Assembly: GCF_009914755.1 (NCBI RefSeq) | Contig: NC_060939.1 | Direction: 5' to 3' (one strand) | From: the human T2T-CHM13v2.0 reference genome, Homo sapiens | Length of the DNA stretch: 64,000 nt | Shown: positions 45,847-58,704 of the stretch, one piece after another | Numbering within the stretch: the first letter of the stretch is position 1 | How the letters are laid out: every line of letters begins with the position of its first letter | Position numbers and translations under genes: made by a program | The notes under the pieces: generated by a model | Told to the model about the DNA's origin: nothing | The model's database searches: none | Seen by the model: only the letters and a program-made list of their open reading frames with translations

Positions 45847-47032
45847 TCAACTCCCATAAATGCACAAGGCTCAGCCTGACCTGTCATTTAACCAAACACC
45901 AGACAGTGCCTTCCCAGAACATTCTACCCTCAAGGCAGAGTGCCTCCGTGACACGCAAGGCAGGGGGCCAGCTGCAGGCGCCAGGCCAACAGGATGAATG
46001 TCTCAGGTTTTCACGCCCCTGGTGGCAGGGCAGGCCACTGTGGGCCTGCTCTCTTCTCATCTTGCTGTCACTTTAGTGTCCTTGAGGTGCTGAGGACTCT
46101 CAGTTTGTATGTCCAGCCCAACAGCTCCTGGGCTCTAGACCCAGAGACTCAGCACTGCTCGATACGGGTCCCGGGCCCACAAGTCCCCTCTACCATCCTC
46201 CTCCCACTGTGCATCCAGAAGCCTGGGTGCTCCCGGACACCCCTGCTCCCCACATGCCCATCTCCCACCGTCTGCTTGGTTTTCACTCCTAAACAGTCCT
46301 TGGGTGCAGCCACTTGTCGGCATCACCACCACCCTGGGTCATACCCACTCTCGCTCTCCAGTGAGTGCAGCCAGGCTGCTGTTTGCAGGACTTAACTCTC
46401 ATCCCACCAGCTGTGGCTGCCCAGCTCCTAAAGCAACACTAGGGCCCTGGGTGGGGCCTGCAAAGGCTGCGAACCCAACGCAGCTCCCCCTCTCCTAGCC
46501 CGGAGCTGGTTCCTCCTCTGTCCTCCAATGCCCCAGCCTCCTCTCTGCGTGACTGCTATATTACCACCTGACCCCTGCTCCCCGGGGCAGGGACTTTCTT
46601 AGAAGAGACTCTCCAGACAGCCAAGCACAATTGGAAGCAGCACCTGCTCAGATCTTCCAAACTGAGGCTTGGTGAGGCCTCCATTGGGAGCACTTCATTG
46701 ACAAACGTTTGAAATTCTGAAGATGACCTCCGTGGGTGCTGGGGAGGGGACCTGGGGCTTGGCTGAGGCCCTGGCCCTGGTGAGTGAGGCCCTCCGGCTG
46801 GGCACCTCTGGATATTGGCTGGGAGGGCACCCAGGGCCGGTTGAGGCCGCAGCTTGCTTTTCGGCCTCTCCTTGCTGCTCCCTCCCCACATGGCCTTGGG
46901 CAGGTGACTGCTAATGTCGGTGACCAGGCCAGGCTGCCGCCACCCCCACCCCATTTCCCAAGCCTGGCTGCTGGTGGCAGGGTCTGGTAGAAGTGCTGTG
47001 GCCTCCACGCAGGCATCCCTCTCCATGGGATC

Positions 47033-48709
47033 TCCATGGAAGAGCGTGTGCTGGTGCCTGGGTGTCGGGACCCCATAAAAACCACGGGTGACCCCTGTGC
47101 AGGGGCTGGGGCTGCTGGGACTGTGGATGGTCCCCCTAAGCCCCATGAGGCACATTTCCCAGGCATGGCAGCATGGCGGTACCTCTCTGGGGCTGTCCCT
47201 TGTGCATGCACTCTTACTCCAGCAGTCTCTGGTCCCTCTACCTTTCTCTAGTGGCCCTCGGGCTGAGAAACCATGAGAGTGTGTCCAAAGCAGGCAGCGG
47301 CCTTAAAGAAATGCCAGCCCACCTCCTCCCCACCTAGTGTCCAAAAGAGCTGCATGTTGGAAGCAGGGGTCTGTGCAGCCCTCCCCTCTCCCCTGGTACA
47401 CCCTACTTGGGGAGCAGATTTGCCTGGGCAGGTCTGCACGGGGTCTGCTCCCTGGCCCAGCAGTCACTGGTGAGACACCCAGCCCTGGCATCCTCTGTTC
47501 CTAATTCCCATGAAGGTGCCTTTTGTGGCTGCACCTACTTGCATAAGGACTGAGGCATCGGCCAGGAAAAGACGTCAGGCTTGGCCAGCTCCATCTAGCA
47601 AGACACTCCAGGTCACCGGGGAAAGGGCTTTTCACTAAAGCCTCCAGGGAGACTTTGGAACATGAGCAGCACAGCTTGGAGACGAGCCAGCAGAGCACGT
47701 GACAGCGAGGAGGCAGCCGTGCACGTCGTCACCCAAGCCCCAGGCCACAGCATCCACGGGAGAGACTTTCCTGCAGCACTGCGTGTTGGGGGTAGGGAAG
47801 AGAACAAACTTAATCCTGGGCTGTTACGGGAAGCCCTGACGAGCCCCAGGAATATCAGGGACTGCAGGAAGGGTTCCAGTGTCACTGGGGAACCCGGATT
47901 CCCACAAATGCCTTGCTTCCCACAACCCGGCCTCCTGGTCCCACATGCCTCACCTGTTGTTCCAGCCTCTGCACCTGCTCACATCTCTGGGGAGTCACCC
48001 GATGGGGCTCCCCAGTCCCCGCAGCAGCATTTTCCTCTGACTCTCAGGGCCCTGCTCTGCCTTCTGTGCTCAGCAGTTGTTTCGGATTGGGAGTCAGGAG
48101 GCCATTCCCACACTTGAAACAAGGCTGCAAGAGGAGGCTGAGCAGAAACCGCACACCCCGAGGGCAAGGCGACATGCTCATTGCCCTTGCGCCCTTCCTC
48201 CTTCCCCAGGAGCAGGACTTCTGGCCGCTCTGAGTGCACGGGTGACGGCTGCCGTTTATCAGCCTTCAAATTTGTGCCCGAATCACCTGCTTCCAACTCC
48301 TCAAATACAGACTGGCTTAGCTCAGCCTGATTAAGACCAAATTAGGAAGGGCAGCTGTGTTCCACCAGAGCCCAGGGAGCCAGGCAGAGGGCAGGAGGAT
48401 CAGGCCACCAAAGGTCACCTACACACAAGCCCGTACCGGTGATGTCATCGTGGATGGAGGAGATGGGCTGGCATTTTTTAAGGCTGGCCCCCTGCCTGGG
48501 ACACACTCTACATGTTTCTAAGCCTATGGGCCACTGGGGAGAGCTGGAAGGAGCCAGGCACAGCCACAGGGAGGTGCCACCATGCTTGGGAAACACCTCG
48601 TGGGTCTGGGCTGCAAATGACCATCCACAGTCCCAGCCCTGGCAAAGGGGTAGCTCATGGTCCTTATGGGGTCCCGACACCCAGGCACCAGGACACGCTC
48701 TTCCACGGA
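47033..48709. repeat. Inverted repeat pair, 47033-47329 / 48456-48709
   Basis: Outer 46 nt are 44/46 identical; colinear with indels; ORF track shows MEERVLVPGCRDPI on both strands. Confidence 0.92.
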
Positions 48710-49589
48710 TGCAGGTTAGATAAGAAACCACCTTCAGGACTCTCCTACACATCTCTTCACACCTGTGCACAAAGGAATCAGCAAAAGATCCCCTCCCAGC
48801 CTGCTGTGACCGCAAAATTCCATACCCAAGACCAGGGCTGCTTAAATAATTTGAGCTCTGCAATGGAAACCTACAAAGCCACTAAAAGCAGCAGAGAACG
48901 CTGGTGAGCAGCTGTGAGTGGCAGCTGAGATTCATTACAGTTCCACAGTCGGACTCGGGAAAATGCTTCCGTGTGTGTAGCAGGCTGTGATGCGGTGTGT
49001 GGTCCCAGCTGAGGCCCCCACACTGACAGCAGTAAGAGCCGAGTATCTCACATCCTAAAGATGCCGGTCCGTGCCCGAGAGCAGATAGTCTATGAGACCT
49101 TAACCGGGGCTGTCCCAGATGCCACTCTGAGCCCTTCTGGAAGGGTGAGTTTGATCAGGGAGATGGCGAGGGAGGAGTCCTTGTCCAGGAGCTTTGGGGA
49201 CAGTTTGACAGGAGCTTTTGGGATGTCAACCTTGCTCCTACCATGGGGAATGCAGAAGGGGGCTCCCCCCCCCACCTCTCCTCACATCTGCTCCACCTCA
49301 GCCCAGATCAGAGGCAGGGAGGAGAGCCTTGAGGAGCCCCGGAGTTGGGTGCACTGACTGGACCCCGCCCTGAGTAGAAGAGGGAGGCTGGCCTGGAGGG
49401 GCTGCAGGAGAACAGCAGAGTTGCTCAGCAGGACAAAGGAGACACTGCGGAAGGGGTCTGAGTTCAGGTCATCTTGACTGGTTTCCTCAGCACGGCCCAT
49501 CATGAGGCAAAACCCTAAACGCTGACTCAAAGTCTGGGAACGGAATGGGCTGTTTTGTCCTTGGCTAGAGCCCTGCCAGCTGTCCCGTT

Positions 49590-49739
49590 CCCTCTAAGTG
49601 CTGCATGCACTGTGGACGTGGCATTCCCTCTAAGTACTGCATGCACTGTGGATGTGGCCTGCCCTCTAAGTGCCGCATGCACTGTGGACGTGGCATTCCC
49701 TCTAAGTGCTGCATGCACTGTGGACATAGTGTTCCCTCT
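49590..49739. repeat. 36-bp minisatellite, about 4 copies
   Basis: Unit ccctctaagtgctgcatgcactgtggacgtggcatt. Confidence 0.95.
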
Positions 49740-49982
49740 GCCTGGTCCTCCTATGTGAAATCCCCTTCCCAGCCAGCCAGCGCCCCCACCTGCACTCCTG
49801 GCCCCACCCTTGAGGTCCTTTCTGGGGTGGCTGAGCTCTTCTGCAAGACCTGTGTCCGGGCTTCCCTCCACCACAGCTCAGACCCTCCCAGGGGCCCATG
49901 TCCATGTCGGTAGAATGCATGAGGGACGCCCAAGCCCATTCGGTCCCAGATGCCTCCTTCGAGGCAGGGCCGTGTGTGTGTC

Positions 49983-50782
49983 ATCAGCATCACACACTCA
50001 CACACACTCACCCGCAGGCAAAGCCCCTCCCTGAGCCCAGGAAGGCTCCAAAAGGGGCGTGGTCACAGCCTCCTGCGCCTTCAGGGGCGGGAACCCAGAG
50101 GAAGAGCAGCCCACGTGCGGACTCCGCAGGAATGAATGGACACAGTTGGGAGGAGAGGGGAGTTTCTTGGAAGTAAATTCCCCCTGACATTGAGATAACT
50201 GGTTCAGGGTCCCATCCACAGAGTACGTGCCTGTTAGCAGGGCAGGAGGCCAGAGGGCGGGGCCTCGGGAAAGCTGCCCAAGCTCAGCAGGGACTCCACT
50301 GCTCACAGAGCAAGCAGCCCGACTTGTTCAGCTTGGAATCTGGGCTGGGACCGCTGGGGTCAGCAAAGAAGATCTAGGAGACATCCCATAAAATATCAGA
50401 CTATCAGGATCCAATATAATACGTGTGATATTGAGCTCATTGCACAGAAGCTACAAGTAAACATTGGGTTTAGGCCACTCAGGGAAAAATGACGGAGCCT
50501 CATTTCCATAAGGAGCTGGCCTCATTTGAAAGCTTTCCACCCCACCTCTCGCCTCACCTCCCCCGCGCTCCTTTCTTGCTTCATAAACTTTCACCACTGC
50601 CATCGACCAAAAAGCAAACAGAGACTTGGAAACCCCGTGTACAACACGTACACTGCGCTCTCGTTGATCACTATTGGGTAAACTAAAATGTAGCTTACCA
50701 CCCAGGGGAGGCGTGATGTGTGGGTGTGTGTGTGCACGTGTGAGTGTGACTGCGGGTGAGTGTGTGAGTGTGTGATGCTGAT
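49983..50782. repeat. Inverted repeat pair, 49983-50017 / 50750-50782
   Basis: atcagcatcacacactcacacac(ac)tcacccgcag; identical apart from one AC unit. Confidence 0.85.
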
Positions 50783-52059
50783 CACACAGGATAAGGCATA
50801 GTCCTTTATCCTGGGTCTGAGAAGATGCATGGTTTGTAGAAACAGACAAATCTGTGAACTGCAGGATGAATGGCCCTGGCTGCTGTGAGCCCATCACCCT
50901 CTGATCACACATCATAAAGAGACCTTGAGGAAGGAGTGAGTTTACTGACTGACATCTCATTAATTCGGCCCCGGCAGGAAACAATGAAATCTAACTTTTC
51001 TAGACACCATGAGATACCCTTAGAATCACGCAAGCTTACAAATGAGCATTTTGTGGGAAACATTTTTATCCTTAACTAAAACATTCAAAGCACAGCTTAA
51101 TTTTCCTTCAGACTCTGGGTCCTCGCTGTGGAAGATGGTCATTCCTTGGAGCTGCAATCAGGATGACTCCAGCAGGGTGCCCACTTGGCCCCAGAGAAAA
51201 TGGCTCTAGATCACTGCATCTTGCAGCCTTGCATCTACTCGCAATGGTCAGTCGTAACCATGTGAATGAAGCGATTCACAGAGGCACACGGGGATCAATT
51301 ATAGCAAAATGGCCGAGGTGAACATCACCCTAATCCATTAAACTGCTCCAGCTCAGCTGACACATAATCGATAGCGTCGTAATCCATCTAGTTAAAAGTT
51401 TGCAGAAGCAAGGAGAGAGGGCTGGAGCGAGATCCACGGAAGCAGGGGTTTGCTTCCGTCTCTTAACCCTGAGCCGCCACAGGTCTACGTCGTGGGGCCA
51501 ATGTTATTATATCTGCAAACTCTGGCCGAACTTACACACTACAGCCCTCCTGGAGTTACTGGCTGGCTCGGACCCCATCATATTCCACGTGGGATTTGAG
51601 GTGGCAGCCACTTGTTGCTGTGTGCCTGGAGTCCTTACCCGCCAGGCAGCCCTCTGAGCTCCACTGGCTGCAGCGGGCAACCAGATTTTAAACAGACGGC
51701 TGCATGTCAGGGGTGTTTGCAGCTGGCGGGCCACGCTTATCTGCGGAAATGCTGGCATTTGCACTGTTCTGTTTCTGCGGTTGCCTCCAGGACCTGGAGA
51801 GCTGATTCAGTTCTCCCTGGCTGCTGATACTCCTTTAGGGATCCAGACTAAACCAAGAGCCAGGAGCTGCAAAGCTGAGGCCCAAGCCCTGGCTCTTGGT
51901 GACTGTCACCCTGGAGGGCCTGGTAAGCTGTGCAAATAAAGACAGGTCGTTGCTGTTAATAACAGTAAAAGTGCAAAAGGTGGCAAACTTTTTGTATTTG
52001 TAAATTAGAGTGGATTATAAATATCATATGAGGAGATCTCGAATTGTGTTTTTACACAG

Positions 52060-52160
52060 ATTGTGTCATTTGCAATCCCATGAGGTAGCTACTGATAATC
52101 CCTCCATTTTACAGATGAAGAAACTGAGGCCTTGGTTGGCTACAGACCACACTGATGTAT
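52060..52160 (-). mobile_element. MIR fragment
   Basis: ccattttacagatgaagaaactgaggc. Confidence 0.75.
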
Positions 52161-52829
52161 CTGAGAGCTCTGGGGCCTTGGCTCCCCACCGCTTTGCTGC
52201 CTGTCTCCTTGTGAGCCGCCTCTCCCCACCTCCTTCCACCCCCGACCCGTGTCTGTTACTCGCTTGCTCGCCTCCTGGTGCAGGAGAGAGAGGGCTGGAG
52301 TTACGCCGCCCCGCCAGCCAGCACCGTAACCTGCAACTTCTCTCCTCAGGGTTACTGATCAGAAAAGATTCTTCAGTGTCTGATTTCATTATCTACTTAC
52401 AAAATGTTTTCATGATGATTACATCAAAAATTAGCTGACTTATTTTTCCTCCAAGAATTTCCTTTCTTACATAGGCCAACATTAGCCGTCCCCCTATCCA
52501 CGACACACTGTGGCTGACCCCAAAAGGCTGGGCCAGTTGGGGGTGGCGTTTGGCTGCTAGTAGCCAACTGTGGCTTAAACAGGAAAGAATTGTTTTTTCT
52601 CTCCGGTGGGAAAGAAGGCACAGCTGGGGTGGAAGCTCCCTGTATCCTTGGGGACGGTGTATCTTTCTTGTCTGCCTTTCTGTCACAAACACATCCTTAC
52701 TCCAGCCTGAAAGGAGGAGGAGAGAAGAAACAGGCAGAAAGGACACAAACTGCTTCCAAACGAGTGGTGTGTGTCTGGTCCCATCCAACAAAACAAAACA
52801 AAATAAAACCAGAAACCACAAGAGGCCTC

Positions 52830-53382
52830 TTTTGGTGATGGATGTTCCGGTGGTCTTGGGTTGGTGGGCTTCCACAAGTTCCAGCCCGATTCAGCCAAGA
52901 TCTCCAGTCCCAGGCGTATCAAGCAAAAGGAAGTGAAGATGAGAGTTGGGGGACTGAGAGGAAAAGGAGCAAATGTGGCTGCTGTGGTGACCCTGATATT
53001 GGTGATTGCAGGAAGCAGCTGTGACCCCTGGAGCCGAGGGAGCTCAGAGGAGGGGCTGGCGCTGTACCTCTGAACCCAGCACGCTAGGCCGGCAGGCAGA
53101 GGCCTTGCTGTGGCCATGCCCATCTTCTGCTTCCAGAGCAGTGGGGCTCTCCAGGGCACCTGTTTGTGTACCCACAGCCAACAGCTCTGGGCAGTTAGTG
53201 GGAAATTACAGCAACCAGTAAAGTCAGAAGCACTGAGGCTTTAGACTCACACACGTGCAGTATCTCCCCAGCCGCTAGCTAAAGACATTGACCTTTTTTG
53301 GTGATGGATGTTCTGGTGGTCTGGGGTTGGTGGGCTTCAACAAGTGGGGGTTTTAGCATGATTCAGCCAAGATCTCCAATCC
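52830..53382. repeat. Dispersed direct repeat, 52830-52910 / 53296-53382
   Basis: Block 1 is 47/50 identical, block 2 is 22/23 identical, linker divergent. Confidence 0.92.
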
Positions 53383-53892
53383 TGCAGCCTGGGACCCTGA
53401 CTTGGTAAAACGAACACATCTGACACCGCTTGAGTCGCCATCTATAGGAGGTAAGTGTGAGTCTGGGTTCCAAATATTTTATCAAGCCTGTCAGGGAAGC
53501 AAGCGCTGTCTGTCTGCAGGAAGATGTCTGTGGGGAGAGGGCAGATCTGAGTCCAGTGAGTCTCTCCTGCAGCCAGCCTCCAGGTCCACCCTCCCCCAAC
53601 AGATGTCCTCTCGCAAATGAAAAACACTCAAGACGTGGAAAGCAGACAGATGGCAGGAGGGTCCTTAGCCCGGACTGATGACAGCCGGCTCTGGGCCAGG
53701 TTCTGGACAGGATTGTGGGCACACGGTCCCGACCCACCACTGCAGTTCTTGTGGGATGGTCTTGGTCCACATGCGAGCCCCTCTCAGGCCAAACACCTGC
53801 TTACTCCATATTTTCATGTAATTCTAATTCATGTAAATGATGTTATTTCATCAAGGACAATTGAAGTTATGGTTGGCCACTTTGGGTAACTT

Positions 53893-54200
53893 ATTTTTTA
53901 TTTTTTTAAATTTTTTTTGAGATGGAGACTCACTCTGACCCCCAGACTGGAGCGCAGTGGTGTGATATCGGCTCGCTGCAACCTCCGCCTCCCGGGTTCA
54001 AGCAATTCTCCTGCCTCAGGCTCCCCAGTAGCTGTGATTATAGGTGCCCACCATCATGCCTGGCTAATTTTTGTATTTTTAGTAGAGACGGGGTTTCACC
54101 ATGTTGGCCAGGCAGGTCTCGAACTCCTGACCTCAGGTGATCTGCCTGCCTTGGCCTCCCAAAATGTTGAGATTACAGGTGTGAGCCACCACGTCCAGCC
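53893..54200 (-). mobile_element. AluSx-like
   Basis: Full dimer; TSD actttgggtaactt on both sides. Confidence 0.95.
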
Positions 54201-54749
54201 ACTTTGGGTAACTTTTAACATAGACAAAATAGTTATTTTGAGAGGCATCCTAAAACAAATAGAAAAAAAAAATCCTGACTATCCAATGGCCTGCATTCTT
54301 TAGTTGGCATAAGGAGACTTCTAAACTCAATTCAGATTCTAAAATTATCTACCTAAGTTATTCTACTCAGGTCAGAAAAAATGTCAGTGATAAACTGAGA
54401 CTTGTGCCGCGCATTTATATTCTAGGCTTTTCTGACTTCCTCTGACCAATCATTTCCCAGGAGGTGCGAAGCCTTGCTGGATAAAAGGTAAGCGGCGTGA
54501 CCCTGAAAAGGACACAGGGTTAACACATCCTCGAAAACACAAACACACAAACAACAAAATAGAAACTCTTTTGACAGGAACACTTGGCAATAGTGCGAAC
54601 AAAAGAATAACTGGAAAGTAATATCCCACCTAATTACAGAAAAAAAGAACTAGTGAGTTCTGAGGGATTGTGAAGGAAGACTCCAGCCAGCCCCTCTCAC
54701 CTTCTTTTCCCCTGCTCTTCCTCCAGCTCTTGAAAGACTCTGGAGGTTA

Positions 54750-55265
54750 ATTATAGCAACTGGTATTTTCTAAAAATGGCCTCTGTGTGGTTTCTAGTTT
54801 CATTGCTTTTTCTGAATCTTCCTGCCCTCCTGCCCCCCCCAGTCAGAGCAGGAGTTCACGTGTGCTCCCCTTGGCTTCGGGTGGATCTTTGTAGCTCACT
54901 CAATTAATGGGCTGTGGTACGTGTACCGCAGCTTGGCTTCTGGAGCTGGGTTAGAACAGCCGACACAGCTTCCGCGTGGCCAGCCAGCATGCCGGAAGGG
55001 AGCCCAAACCAGACCCTGCGGGGAGACCACACGGAGAAGCCCCTGTGGAGAGGATCCCCAGGCAGATGACTAAGGAGCCTGTGGGTGATTCCAGCCCCCA
55101 TCCTCGGAGTCTCCCAGCTGCGGCCCCAGGCATCACAGAACAGAGACAAACCATTCTGCTGTGCCTGTCCAAATGTCTGATGCACAATATCTGTGAAAAT
55201 GTGTGACTGTTTTACACCACTGAGCTTTGAGGTAATTTGTTACACCGCCATAAAAAATCAGAACA
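54750..55265 (+). mobile_element. MLT1H/G-like MaLR LTR
   Basis: gtgattccagcccca...cagaacagagaca...ccactgagctttgaggtaatttgttac...cagaaCA. Confidence 0.7.
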
Positions 55266-57994
55266 TCAAGTAATGACACAAATGTTCCATCATGATGTGC
55301 ATACTCTAGAACTAACTAGCACAGATAAACAGATACCCCACAAAAGAAAAGTAATACATATTACAAGGTCTATTAAAATCCATGGGAGATGCTGTCCTAA
55401 TTGGTTACAGAGAGCTTATATAAATTTAAAATAAAACAATGCAAGAGTTTCCAGAAGATAGAGAAAAATGTTAACCTTCTCGTTATGTGTTGATTCATTT
55501 TATTTTCAAAGGAAAAAAGTTTAACTGTGACTTTCATTAATAACTTTGGTTACTAGGTTACAAAAAAAAGACTATTCACAGCTTTTAAACATGGCTGGAA
55601 ATGCTTTAAAAATCATTCTATAAATACAGAAGAATGTATTTAAAAGTTCATATAATGTTCTTGATAGATGGCTTTGTAGACAAACTAGAGTGAGATGGTG
55701 ATTTTGAAACATCTCGTTTTAAAACATCTCATTGCTGCTTCCATGTGGGATGTAGAAAGCTGCAAAGAATAATAAAAAAACCTGGCTAGTGTACCAACAT
55801 TATAATTTTTCTTGAGTCTATCAAAGATCTAAGATGGCAAGGCAACCAAATAAGCAGAATTCCAAAGAGGGAGCAGGCACTCCAGGGAGACACGAGACAC
55901 ATGGCGTTTCTCACCTTTGCCTGAGCACAGGAAAAACATGTGGCCCCCATTAGGTATGAAGCTATCAGATAAAATGTTAGTAAATCATTAAAGTCCAAGT
56001 GTGGCCTAGGATGTAAGTTTGGAATAACTGGGAAACTCAGGGAGTCACACTCACTCACAAAATCACTGAGGGCTCTCAAGAGACATATTAGGAGTGGGCA
56101 GGAAACGGGGGCTGCTCCTTCAGAGGCACAGGTATGTGGGTGTGCAGGACAAGATCAGCTGCTGTTGGAGGACAGGAACAAAGCCCCACCCACTTCCCCT
56201 GGATCCTTCCTTTCTATGCAGTAAACGCCTTAAGACATTGAGGGGAGGGGACCGCATCCTCCCACACACAGGGCACAGGCAAAATCCATTGCTCTTATAG
56301 AAAGACTAGAAGCAAAACTTATATGCCTCTGGAAGAGGGGTAGGAAAACTCTAGCCCCAAGGACACAGGAGAAAATCCTTTGGTACTGTGGGAAGGGTAG
56401 ATGCAAAAATGTCCTAGTTCTGAGATAAAATAAAGAAGCTATTCCAGGCCCAGGATCCTATACCAGTACCAACCAGAAGTCTGCTACACTGAGGGAGGGG
56501 AGAGCAGGAATCTCCTGTCCAAGACCATCACAGATACAAGGCAGAATTTAATTGCCGTAGGAAGGAAGAGCAGAATTGCTGAGACAGCCCCACCCTAAGG
56601 TTTATATCTGTCTAAGATTGAGGTTGCAGCAAGACAACAAAGAAAACCCTATCTCACCATAAGCCTAGCACAGAGTAACAAGTAAAGAGAGTCTATCCCT
56701 GAAGAGGCGAGAGTATAGATAGAGTCCCTCTGTGGCAAAGACATGCAGGAATAGCTAAAAGGTAAAGGGAGCATTAGGAACACAGAAGAAAACCACCCAA
56801 CACCCCAGTCCCCAATCTAGTACAAGATATTATAGAAACATCTCGTATTTACAGAAACTTGAAGCCTTAGCAGCACTGAAGATAGCAATAGCAACAAAGT
56901 AAACCCAAACCCAGCTCAGCTCCTAACTAGATCGACTTCACCTTGCACACTAGAAGTCAGACATAATAGGCATAATAATTTGGAGATGTGAATATTATTT
57001 ACCTCAGTCTGTACTGTTAACACACAATGTCTGGCATTCGATCAAAAATTATAATTTTTTAAAAAGCAAAAGATAAAACAATCTAGAGACAAAGCAATCA
57101 ACAGAAATAGACTTGATGACCCCAATAGTTGGAACCATTAGACAGAGATTTTAAAATAACTATAATAAATATGTTAATGCATCTAATGTAAAAGGGGCAA
57201 CAAACGCAAACAGATAGGGAATTTCACCAGCGAGAGGAACACTACAAGACAAAGTAAAATAGAAGTGCTAGAAATTAAATATATGACATCACAGATAAAG
57301 AATTCTTTTGACAGGCACATGAGTAGAATGAATACAGCTTTGAAAAAAATCAACAAATTTGAAAATAGGTCAATAAAAATTATCCAAAGAGAAACACAAA
57401 GAAAAAATAATGGCAAAAGCAAAGCAGAGTATTCAAGAGCTGTAGGACATCATGAGACGGGCTAACGTATATGTTATCAGTCACAGGAGAGGAGGGAATG
57501 AAGAAGAAGAAATATTAGAAGAGACAATAGTCAAGGATTTTCCAAAAGTAATAACAGACATTAAACCACAGATCCAAGACTCTCAGAGAACCCTATGCAG
57601 AATTAATACCAAAAATAAAAGAAAGGAAAAAGAAAACACCAACACCACCATCAGCAAAAAATCCCACTTAACTATACACATCATAGTGAAACTGTCAAAA
57701 GTGGAAGATGAAGAGAAAAGCTTGAAGATAGCAGAGAAAAAAGGGAACATTACATGCAGAACAGTAAAGATAAGAATTACAGGACACTTCTGATCAGAAA
57801 CTACACAAGCCAAAAGACAATGGAGTGACATTTTTAAAATGCTGAAAGAAAGGGAAAAAATCTCTCAACCCAGAATTCTATATTAAATAAAAATATTTTT
57901 AAAAATTAGGGTAAAATAAAAACATTTTCAAACAAACAAAGGCTGAGACAATTCATTCTCGATTCATTTAAAGAAATTTCTTCAGATAGTAAGA

Positions 57995-58377
57995 GTGTAT
58001 TATGATCACCTTGAGGAGGATGGGATCGGCCCCCTCTCACTGGAATAGTTTAAATGTCAAGAATGATAAGGCCGTATGCACCGAGAAGATATGGAAATGC
58101 TTCTTGCTCATGCCATGGGACTTTCTGAAGAGAAAAGGTCAGGTGCAAGTCAGTATAAATGGTGGGAGTGAGGCAGAGTTAATGGATTTGGCTTGTATTG
58201 TGAGTAGGTGGTGGGACTGAGGAAAAGGTTCAAGCACAAAGGGTGGGGCTTGTGTGGTTCAGACTTCCTGCTGACACCAAGGGAAGAAATATGCAGGTCC
58301 TTGTAACTGGAGAAGGAATGAGGTTTGAAAGCTATCAAAGGTCAAACATAAAAAATGGAATCTTACTCTCTATTACA
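57995..58377 (-). mobile_element. ERVL solo LTR (LTR53-like)
   Basis: Minus strand starts TGTAATAGAGAGTAAGATTCCATTTTTTATGTTTGAC. Confidence 0.55.
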
Positions 58378-58413
58378 TGGAATGTGAGAGCAGACAAAAA
58401 TTCGGGTCTACAC

Positions 58414-58630
58414 CAGGGGTGTCCAATCTTTTGGCTTCCCTGGGCCACATTGGAGATAGAATTGTCTTGGGCCACACATAAAATATGCTAACCCTAAGGA
58501 TAGCTAATGAGCTTCAAAAAATCGCAAAAAATCCCATAATGTTTTAGGAAAGTTTATGAATTTGTGTTGGGCCACATTCAAAGCCATCCTGGCCCTCATG
58601 TGGCCCATGGGCCATGGTTGGACAAGCTTG
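58414..58630 (+). mobile_element. MER30 hAT-Charlie MITE
   Basis: caggggtgtccaatcttttggcttccctgggccacattgg...ggttggacaagcttg; 8-bp TSD gtctacac / gtttacac. Confidence 0.92.
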
Positions 58631-58704
58631 GTTTACACAAAGAAATGAAGAGCATCAGAAATGGTAAAACATGGAAGTAAGTATAAAAGATTCCTCTCAT
58701 TTCT

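Larger units (their letters stand above)
55733..58700 (+). mobile_element. Old L1M 5' region and ORF1 remnant, interrupted by an LTR and MER30
   Basis: ORF 57452-57793 (KDFPKVITDIKPQIQDSQR...HIIVKL...KIRITG) is L1 ORF1-like; continues aaaagacaatggagtgacatttttaaaatgctgaaag. Confidence 0.75.

Noticed and set aside
46556-48863. Several 150-199 aa ORFs and the twin MEERVLVPGCRDPI peptides
   Set aside because: Explained by GC content and the inverted duplication; frames diverge after the shared start
49590-49739. CRISPR-like array or 12-aa repeat protein
   Set aside because: No unique spacers, eukaryotic context; simple minisatellite
52830-53382. Tandem C/D snoRNAs or miRNAs
   Set aside because: gtgatgga is not a C box, no terminal CTGA or stem, no hairpin seen
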